A stretch of 64,000 bases of DNA from a virus (lineage: Duplodnaviria; Caudoviricetes), in the IMG/VR virus record IMGVR_UViG_3300010347_003561, positions 1 through 64,000 of that record; one strand, given 5' to 3'. The notes under the pieces are model-generated. The model was not told the origin of the DNA and ran no database searches. It saw only the letters and a list, made by a program, of their open reading frames with translations. Shown piece by piece: positions 57,089 to 64,000 of this stretch (position 1 is its first letter; each line of letters opens with the position of its first letter). Both the position numbers and the translations under genes were made by a program.

Positions 57089-57751
57089 ATGAGAGAAGTC
57101 GATGTTGCAAAGCCAGTCGTTGCTTACATGGAAGACTACAAATGGGACGTTTACAAGGAAGTCCCGTGCCATTCCGGCGTAGCAGATATCGTCGGAGTGT
57201 TGGACGGGCGCATCTGGATAGTAGAAACTAAAACGAGCCTGTCGGTGCAACTGATAGACCAGGCGATATCCAGAAGACAGGTGGCCCATTACATCTCAAT
57301 AGCGGTTCCTAGACCGAATAGGTATTCGTACAGCCCGTCGATCGAGCTCGTGCTTGACCACTACGGAATTGGTCTTATAACCGTGCGCGGCGAGGAAGTG
57401 AACATCGACAAACAGGTAAAACTCTTCAGGCACGTATCGAAGGACAAACAGTCGAAGCTCCTCGCTTCGCTCAGGCCGGAGATGAAAGACAACGAGGCCG
57501 GTTCGATAGGCGCAAAAAGATGGACGTCGTTCAAGAGATTCCGCTCGAGAGTCGTGGCACTCGTCGAAAAGAATCCCGGCATAGCCCCTCGAAAGCTCAT
57601 ACAGATGATGCAGCCAGATATACACTATCACACGGAAAGCACGGCCCTGCATTGTCTCGTCCATTATATACGCAAAGGAATAATAAACGAAATAATACTC
57701 GTCAAAGAGAAAGGAAAGCTTAGACTTTTTCCATGCTCCGTGGCGGAATAG
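57089..57751 (+). CDS. PD-(D/E)XK nuclease (MmcB-like) with C-terminal wHTH-like region
   Basis: YKEV.....ADIVG.....WIVETKTS; YGIGLI. Confidence 0.7.
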   Translation: MREVDVAKPVVAYMEDYKWDVYKEVPCHSGVADIVGVLDGRIWIVETKTSLSVQLIDQAISRRQVAHYISIAVPRPNRYSYSPSIELVLDHYGIGLITVRGEEVNIDKQVKLFRHVSKDKQSKLLASLRPEMKDNEAGSIGAKRWTSFKRFRSRVVALVEKNPGIAPRKLIQMMQPDIHYHTESTALHCLVHYIRKGIINEIILVKEKGKLRLFPCSVAE

Positions 57752-57816
57752 GCAGACGCTATCGTGGCCGATAGGTCAGAATGTTAAAGGTTCAGCCGGA
57801 AGTTGACGCAGTCATC

Positions 57817-57892
57817 GGGCGTGTATTTCAATGGCAAGATACTGATTCTCGCAGAGTCAGGGTAGTGGGTTCGATTCCCACCGCGCCTGCCA
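57817..57892 (+). tRNA. Atypical tRNA, anticodon CGC (nominally Ala), CCA encoded
   Basis: 76-nt cloverleaf: GGGCGTG/CGCGCCT, D TTTC/GATA, anticodon arm TGATT-CTCGCAG-AGTCA, T arm GTGGG-TTCGATT-CCCAC, G73-CCA. Confidence 0.75.
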
Positions 57893-58068
57893 GCCTGATA
57901 AGCTTTTGAATCTCGCGGCAGGGAAGACCGTCGAGTGCTTTATTTCAGGATGCAACCTGCGCGCCGTTTTTTGTCCGTTTCGGCGGACGCGGGCCAAGAG
58001 GAACGGACACGTTGTGAACAACAAGCCCCGGCGAAAAGCCGGGGTTATTCATCGAAAGGAGTGATTTT

Positions 58069-58512
58069 ATGAACGTACTACTGAACGCTTCGAAAATCGA
58101 CGACACCGGAATGATCGAGGTTTACAATCAGGCGAGAATTATCGCAGCGAATGGCAGCTTCATGCTCCACACCACGGTTAACTACACGAACGGAAGCGAA
58201 CCGTTAGAAGAAGATATCATCTTTCTGGAAAGCGAAGAAACCAACAAAAACGCGGCCAAGAAAATAGCTTCGCTGTTCGACTTCTTCGACTTCGAGGAGG
58301 CCTCACTTGTCACCTTCGAAAGGCTCGGGAACCGCACTGAATATGCGATAGAGTTCAGAAAAGACCTCAAAGGCAGCATAGAGATGCACAGGTACACGCT
58401 CGCGATCTATGACTGCGACGGAAGAGAATTTCTGGAATTGCCCGAGTTCAAAGAACTCATCGCAAGGCTTTCCTCGAAAATCGTTAGTTCCTTCGTTCCG
58501 AATGCCGCATGA
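58069..58512 (+). CDS. Hypothetical protein
   Basis: AAGGAG RBS. Confidence 0.55.
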   Translation: MNVLLNASKIDDTGMIEVYNQARIIAANGSFMLHTTVNYTNGSEPLEEDIIFLESEETNKNAAKKIASLFDFFDFEEASLVTFERLGNRTEYAIEFRKDLKGSIEMHRYTLAIYDCDGREFLELPEFKELIARLSSKIVSSFVPNAA

Positions 58513-58591
58513 AGCTTTTTAAGCAACTTCCAACACGCTATTCTTTATAAAACTGAGCATGTTTGACCACTTCAGATGCGGGAGAAGGAAG

Positions 58592-58858
58592 ATGAGACTG
58601 AAAACAATAGTCAAAAGGTTGAACCAAGCACTTGAAGCCGATCCGAAAGCGGTAAGAGAACTCGTCAACATCTACGTCGAATGCGGCAAGAACCTGGCTG
58701 CCGAGACGGAGATCCTCGTGAAGAAAAACGGAGACAGGCTCTTCGTGAGAATGCTAGGTTTCCTCAACGGAATAGTGAGAACGAGAAAACAGCCGATGAT
58801 AATAGCGCTTTGCGATACGTCGGGCAATATTCGCCGCTTCAAACTCGAAAGCAGATAG
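58592..58858 (+). CDS. Hypothetical protein
   Basis: LNQALEADP.AV..L...V.C...LA...LGFLNG. Confidence 0.5.
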   Translation: MRLKTIVKRLNQALEADPKAVRELVNIYVECGKNLAAETEILVKKNGDRLFVRMLGFLNGIVRTRKQPMIIALCDTSGNIRRFKLESR

Positions 58859-58924
58859 GAAAACATCGAACCGGCACCGCTCGTGGTAGTGGTGTCGGTT
58901 ACTTTTCCTGAAGGAGGCATTAGA

Positions 58925-59392
58925 ATGAAGGTAGATATGAGAAGCAAGAAATCCATGTTGGACTTCCTCTCTAAGCACGAGGAACACCACGAATTCAATT
59001 CACCGCACGCGTACTCCCACTGTGTCAAGATAAGAAGCATCTTCAACGGCAATACACTCGGCGTTGCGCAGGACAACTTCGACGAGTTGTACGGCATTTT
59101 CGAGTCGCTGGTCAATGACTTCGAGGAGAACAACCGCGGGCTCAAGATCTTTCAGACAGGGAGAATGGGCGGTCACATCGAACTGTACGAAGACATAACC
59201 ACGTCCGGATACAGAAGATACCACCCAATACAGCACATAAGCAAGTCCGAAGCCGATTACCCGGAAGAATACGACATGGAAGACTTGAGAGAAATAGTGA
59301 AAAAGGTAAAGGCGTTCGACGCCTTCTACGACGAGCTTCGCAAGGAACTCAACAAATACGCCGAAGAGTTGAAGAGTCATGCCGAGGCTTGA
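58925..59392 (+). CDS. Hypothetical protein
   Basis: AGGAGG RBS; GRMGGHI motif. Confidence 0.55.
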   Translation: MKVDMRSKKSMLDFLSKHEEHHEFNSPHAYSHCVKIRSIFNGNTLGVAQDNFDELYGIFESLVNDFEENNRGLKIFQTGRMGGHIELYEDITTSGYRRYHPIQHISKSEADYPEEYDMEDLREIVKKVKAFDAFYDELRKELNKYAEELKSHAEA

Positions 59393-59627
59393 CACGAGAT
59401 ACGCCGCAGATATTTTTGTCGCCAACTGCGGCGGTTCTATACTCTGGCTCGAGACGGACGGCGAAAACGCGAAGATACAGGAAGAGACGAATCTTGCAGG
59501 CGAAGCTCCAAAGTTCGGGAGGATCTATACGCGACCGGTCTTGTACGACGGAGATAAGGCATTCATAAACTTCCGAGGGAGAAAACGTTACATGGAGGAG
59601 TTCTACGACAGACAGTGGGGACGATGA
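59379..59627 (+). CDS. Hypothetical protein
   Basis: Overlaps the upstream stop; followed by a terminator at ~59627-59656. Confidence 0.45.
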   Translation: MPRLDTRYAADIFVANCGGSILWLETDGENAKIQEETNLAGEAPKFGRIYTRPVLYDGDKAFINFRGRKRYMEEFYDRQWGR

Positions 59628-59710
59628 GCGGGGCCGAAAGGCTTCGCTCTTTTTTTAACTAAACTCGAACAGGTTAATATCCATTAAAACAATTCAAGGA
59701 GGTTTACACA

Positions 59711-60934
59711 ATGAAGATCGAGTCCGACCTGCTTTTGCAAGCGATAAACGCGATAAGAAAACCGCAACTCAAGGAACCTTTGATTCCCACTTTCTTCGTT
59801 ATGATATCCGGCAACGTTCTTACACTCGCCAGGCGCATCAACGGTTGCACGATGGTTAAAAGACTGGTCGGAGCGCCGGAGCCGAACGACTTAGAGAACG
59901 TATATCTCAGCCTGAAGGAAAGCAACGCGTGCGAGTACCTCGCGACGCTCAAAAATGAAAATATCAACTTCCGAACCGGATACGATGCGATAACTATTTC
60001 AAAAGGCAGGAGTCGCCTCTCTCTGGAGACGAGGAGCGATCACGACGAACGCATGAGGGAGAAGATAGGCAATATAGACCTCGCCAGCAGCAAGACATTC
60101 GCGATAGAAAACACCGGCGATTTTGTGTCCAAGATGAAACGCGCGACCGTGTTCGTTGGAAGGAACGCTTTCGATCAATTCAACAAGATCTGCTTCAATC
60201 CCTGCGAGAGAGTGCTGTATTCTACCGACGGGTTCAGGCTCAACAGGAACCGCTTGTCCACCGGTACTATGCCGGAAAACGTCGCGTACGAGCCGCACGA
60301 ACATATAATGATCGGCTACGACATTGCGCCGGCATTCATCGAACTCTTTTCCTGCACGAAACGCATAGTCTGCTCTTCTATCGACGGCGGCGTAGTCTTC
60401 AAATCCAGCGACGGAACGGGATATTCGGAGGCCATCGCATTCGACAATCCTTCCAATCCGTCGGTCCCTCCCTTCCACAACATACTGAACATCAAACCGG
60501 AAGCCTATATCACTGTTAACACCGAGCTGTTCAAGGAAGCCGTGAAGAGGGCGAAGATAATGAGCGGCGATGACTACAAGGTCAATCTGCTGGTCACAAG
60601 GCGTCAATTGTTCGTCTATTCGGAATTCACCGGCTCTTTCGTAACCGCGATTGAGGCCGAGATAAGCGAGAAGGACTACAACTTCTTCTTCGAAAATTGC
60701 GGCAAGATCAATCCGGCCTTTGTAGTCCTGGTAAACGGAAGGTACATAACCGACACGTTGCCGACGACGGAGAAAGTCACTTTCGGGCTCGCGGGGAAAA
60801 CAGATTCGAGCGGTATAACCTACACGATTGTCGTCGATAGCGGCACGGAAACGAACGTGGTTATGCCGATACGCGCTGTCGATTACCCTCTGAAAGAGAA
60901 AGAGAAGTGCGTCGAAGAAATGGAGGCGGCATGA
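59711..60934 (+). CDS. Second, divergent beta sliding-clamp-like protein
   Basis: STDGFRL, FKEAVKRA, VNGRYITDTL, VVMPIR match clamp motifs. Confidence 0.7.
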   Translation: MKIESDLLLQAINAIRKPQLKEPLIPTFFVMISGNVLTLARRINGCTMVKRLVGAPEPNDLENVYLSLKESNACEYLATLKNENINFRTGYDAITISKGRSRLSLETRSDHDERMREKIGNIDLASSKTFAIENTGDFVSKMKRATVFVGRNAFDQFNKICFNPCERVLYSTDGFRLNRNRLSTGTMPENVAYEPHEHIMIGYDIAPAFIELFSCTKRIVCSSIDGGVVFKSSDGTGYSEAIAFDNPSNPSVPPFHNILNIKPEAYITVNTELFKEAVKRAKIMSGDDYKVNLLVTRRQLFVYSEFTGSFVTAIEAEISEKDYNFFFENCGKINPAFVVLVNGRYITDTLPTTEKVTFGLAGKTDSSGITYTIVVDSGTETNVVMPIRAVDYPLKEKEKCVEEMEAA

Positions 60935-61404
60935 TGAAAAGCGAGACGGAAACGTTTGCTGTAGAACTCGAAGTCATCTATTACTACTCCGATTGGGACG
61001 ACGACTTCGTCCCGGCGGCATACGAGCTGAAATCGGACGTCGGTTACGTGAAAAACAAGGATACTTTTTTCCACTTCCTCTCGATGGCCTTCGCGTCAAG
61101 AAGAACATTCGACGAAAATAACTGCACCTGCGCGAAGATCAACACCGGCTTCCTCGTTCCTTTGAACCTGTTATTCAACTTCTCGGGCGGAACTTTGAAA
61201 TCTGTCCAGCACGTCGTCGGAGAGATAGAGCATGTCGCCTATTGCAAGAAGCATTTCGCATATTCGCCCTTCAAATTAGGCGCGTTGAGCAGCGCGGATA
61301 ACGATATAGAGAAAGAGATAGACTTCGCAATCCACTCGTCGGTCATGTACATACAGGAATACGACAGATTGAATTTAACATCAAAGGGAGGCATAGCGGC
61401 ATGA
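60931..61404 (+). CDS. Hypothetical protein
   Basis: GGAGG RBS; coupled. Confidence 0.5.
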   Translation: MMKSETETFAVELEVIYYYSDWDDDFVPAAYELKSDVGYVKNKDTFFHFLSMAFASRRTFDENNCTCAKINTGFLVPLNLLFNFSGGTLKSVQHVVGEIEHVAYCKKHFAYSPFKLGALSSADNDIEKEIDFAIHSSVMYIQEYDRLNLTSKGGIAA

Positions 61405-61766
61405 GCTACGAAGAGAAACTCATCGATATAATAGTGTCTATGCTAAGCAATTTCTCGAATTTCGACGATCTTCCGGAACCTTCGAAAAACAAGGTACTTC
61501 TCGTCTGGAAGAGGCTGGAAATGTTCAAGCTGAACGAGTTGAAAGCGCACGTGGTAGAAAACGGCGAACTTTCTATATTCGAGACGATAGGCTACGAAAC
61601 GCCACTCACGTTCTCCATGAATGGAGTTCCGCAATACCCGAAAGGCACAACGGTCGTTATCGAAGGGTTCTGCGTAGATACCGACGTAATACCAATAAAT
61701 AAGCCGGTTTCGGCGTTCTATACTAACATCGAAGTCTTATTCCAGGAGGATAAAAATGCTGCTTGA
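61401..61766 (+). CDS. Hypothetical protein
   Basis: GGAGG RBS; coupled. Confidence 0.5.
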   Translation: MSYEEKLIDIIVSMLSNFSNFDDLPEPSKNKVLLVWKRLEMFKLNELKAHVVENGELSIFETIGYETPLTFSMNGVPQYPKGTTVVIEGFCVDTDVIPINKPVSAFYTNIEVLFQEDKNAA

Positions 61767-62106
61767 GGGAAATTTCGTACCGTTTGAAGAACTGCCGCAA
61801 ATTGTAAAAGAGGCATACGACGTCGAAAACGTCGCGCTCCTCTTCAAGGAAGCCGCCGAATCTAAAGAAGACGAAATGCCTAAAGAGAAAGAACTGCTCA
61901 ACAAACTCATGGAGAAGATAGGCCACAAACTGCCGCATATAAGTCCGCCGGAAATTTTGCAGGCCTCAAGCGAGATTCCGGAACTGGAAGCTCTCCTCAC
62001 GGAGAGAGCCACGTACAGAACAATGCTCTACCTTCTCGATACGTCCGGTACGATACCGCAGACGATAGGTTTTGCCCCGCGGGACAAGGTAATAATTCAC
62101 AACTAA
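61756..62106 (+). CDS. Hypothetical protein
   Basis: AGGAGG RBS. Confidence 0.5.
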   Translation: MLLEGNFVPFEELPQIVKEAYDVENVALLFKEAAESKEDEMPKEKELLNKLMEKIGHKLPHISPPEILQASSEIPELEALLTERATYRTMLYLLDTSGTIPQTIGFAPRDKVIIHN

Positions 62107-62122
62107 GCATACGGAGGTAGTA

Positions 62123-62473
62123 ATGAACAAGATCATTTTGTCGGGAAACGTAGTGAACGATCCAGAATTGAGCTTCACAAACAACGGAAAACAGATGGCA
62201 AAGTTTGCGATTGCCAACAACGATGCAAGGAAATTCGACAAAAATGCGGAAGCGCTTTTTATCAACTGCGTCGCGTGGGACAAGACCGCCGAATTCATGG
62301 GCAACTACTGCAAGAAAGGCACGGCGGTGATAATCGAAGGCTCGCTCAAGATCAACAAATGGCAAGCAAGAGACGGCGCCAAGAAGGAATCGACAGTCAT
62401 CAACGTCACCGCCGTCGAGTTCGCTCCGTCGAAATCGTCAAAACAGGCGACGACCGACGAACCTCTCTTTTGA
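62123..62473 (+). CDS. ssb: Single-stranded DNA-binding protein
   Basis: MNKIILSGN...DPEL, FINCVAW.KTAE, KG..V.IEG.L, acidic tip DEPLF. Confidence 0.9.
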   Translation: MNKIILSGNVVNDPELSFTNNGKQMAKFAIANNDARKFDKNAEALFINCVAWDKTAEFMGNYCKKGTAVIIEGSLKINKWQARDGAKKESTVINVTAVEFAPSKSSKQATTDEPLF

Positions 62474-62619
62474 CAAAGCCCGGGGTTGACAGCCCCGGGT
62501 TTTGAAGGTTTATCATGCGTGAGAGATGCCCTAACTGTTCGAGATACCTGCGAGGAGAAGACGTTATCTGCCCCAAATGCAGAACCACCATCGAAGGATT
62601 TTCCCGGAGGAGATTGTAA

Positions 62620-63861
62620 ATGCACGACTTGGTCATACACGGCGATTGCCTGGACGTACTGTCCGAACTCGAAGAGAACTCCATCGACTCAATAGTCACA
62701 GATCCGCCTTACGAGATACAGTTCATGAACCGGTCCTGGGATTCCACGGGCGTCTCGTTCAGCGTTGAGCTCTGGCCGAAATGTCTCCGGGTGTTGAAAC
62801 CTGGTGGCCATCTCATCTCGTTCGGAGGCGTGAGAACTGCGCACAGGATAACCTGCGCGATAGAAGACGCTGGATTCGAAATCCGCGACATTCTCATGTG
62901 GCTATTCGGTTCGGGATACCCAAAATCGCACGATATATCGAAAGCGATAGACAGAGAACTCGGCCATTCAAGAGAGAAGGTCGCGATCCCTTCTTCGCAG
63001 GTAAGAAATCCGAAAAGTATAAACGGCGGTACCGGAATCGACGGAGGCGACCGCCCGTGGATGCAAAAAGCCATGGAGACCGGCTACCATGAAATGGATT
63101 CCAACGTGCCATCTTCGCAGGAAGCCAAAATGTGGCACGGCTGGGGAAGCGCCTTGAAACCAGCGTACGAACCGATAATAATGGCACGCAAACCACTGTC
63201 GGAAAAGAACCTCGCGCTGAACGTACTCAAGTGGGGAACCGGCGGCCTCAACATCGACGCTTGCCGTATAGATCACAACGAGAAGCCGAAAATAGTTACG
63301 CGAAAGGCGGAAGACCATTTCTGGACAGGCAAAAAACCCATAACGAAGCCAGAACTTCACACCGGAAGATGGCCGGCGAATCTTCTACTCGACGGTTTCT
63401 CAGCGTTCATGCTAGATGAACAGACAGGCACGCTCAAAAGCGGGCTTATGAAAAAAGGGACTACGCGCCTGAACAGCGAAGGAGAAGGAAAAAACACCTA
63501 CGGTTATATGTCCTCCGACAAAGTGAAGAACGACACTTACGGAGATTCCGGAGGCGCAAGCAGGTTCTTCTACTGCGCCAAAGTCTCGCCGAAGGAGAGA
63601 ACTGCCGGTCAGAAGGTAGATAACAAGCACCCGACAGTCAAACCGATAAACCTGATGAAATACCTCATAACTCTCGTAACGCCGGCCTGCGGCCTGGTAC
63701 TAGATCCGTTCTCCGGAAGCGGCTCGACGCTAATAGCGGCTGCGCTTGGAGGATTCCACTTCGTAGGAATCGAACGGGAAGAAGAATACGTGAAGATAGC
63801 GCGGGCGAGAATAGCGGAATTTGTACTAGACACTACCGTTAACGCCCAAGGAGGAACATGA
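62620..63861 (+). CDS. Orphan DNA amino-methyltransferase (beta-class motif order)
   Basis: TDPPY near the N-terminus; HPTVKP and DPFSGSGST near the C-terminus. Confidence 0.88.
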   Translation: MHDLVIHGDCLDVLSELEENSIDSIVTDPPYEIQFMNRSWDSTGVSFSVELWPKCLRVLKPGGHLISFGGVRTAHRITCAIEDAGFEIRDILMWLFGSGYPKSHDISKAIDRELGHSREKVAIPSSQVRNPKSINGGTGIDGGDRPWMQKAMETGYHEMDSNVPSSQEAKMWHGWGSALKPAYEPIIMARKPLSEKNLALNVLKWGTGGLNIDACRIDHNEKPKIVTRKAEDHFWTGKKPITKPELHTGRWPANLLLDGFSAFMLDEQTGTLKSGLMKKGTTRLNSEGEGKNTYGYMSSDKVKNDTYGDSGGASRFFYCAKVSPKERTAGQKVDNKHPTVKPINLMKYLITLVTPACGLVLDPFSGSGSTLIAAALGGFHFVGIEREEEYVKIARARIAEFVLDTTVNAQGGT

Positions 63862-64000
63862 AAGTAAAACTCGAATTGACAACTCTAACAGCTTCATCGC
63901 AAACGCCCTTAGAAACGCAGGAAACGATTCTCGTAGAAGCAACAGGCGTCATAATCACTCCGTACGATTCGATTCCAATGTCCGGCGAAGCGATAAACTG
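63858..64000 (+). CDS. Hypothetical protein, truncated at window end
   Basis: GGAGG RBS, ATGA overlap, open to the edge. Confidence 0.4.
   Translation, partial: MKVKLELTTLTASSQTPLETQETILVEATGVIITPYDSIPMSGEAIN

Noticed and set aside
56912-57780. Two-piece tmRNA
   Set aside because: No G3:U70 alanine acceptor, no CCA and no recognisable tag reading frame.
57893-57960. HDV-like (theta) or hammerhead ribozyme after the tRNA
   Set aside because: Could not build the nested double pseudoknot; CTGATAAG lacks a matching GAAA core.
58869-58906. Another GTAGTGG promoter copy or a fifth Y RNA (contains CGGTTACTT)
   Set aside because: Fully explained as a 13-bp hairpin followed by ACTTTT (terminator-like); lacks the two-stem Y scaffold.
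1-64000. Stop-codon reassignment, introns/inteins, integrase or transposase
   Set aside because: Genes tile densely in the standard code using all three stops; terL, capsid, cca and clamp are of normal length; no recombinase motifs seen.

Overview
This 64 kb window is part of a large tailed (contractile-tail) bacteriophage genome with two divergent arms. Minus strand, 1-30067: virion morphogenesis genes (terminase, portal, prohead protease, HK97-fold capsid, neck, sheath, five tail-tube-like paralogs, chaperones, a 1965-aa tape-measure-like protein and a truncated large protein with a DEDDh exonuclease domain), with a recurrent GTTATTCCT(TC) late-promoter-like motif. Plus strand, 30260-64000: an early/accessory arm of short terminator-bounded cassettes. 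It opens with a ~1670-aa protein that combines N-terminal hydrophobic segments, both catalytic barrels of a two-barrel RNA polymerase, a macrodomain and a YspA/SLOG domain. It also carries an RNA-handling set: a CCA-adding enzyme, a Ro60/TROVE gene followed by four Y-RNA-like units (two carrying circularly permuted tRNA mimics that appear to keep anticodon arms), an atypical tRNA(CGC) and tRNA-like halves flanking a nuclease gene. Also present are two beta-clamp paralogs, SSB, three DNA methyltransferases, an MvaI/BcnI-type restriction enzyme, an ArdC-like protein and three possibly ART-fold paralogs. All calls come from motif recognition and manual base-pairing; no database searches or folding programs were run.
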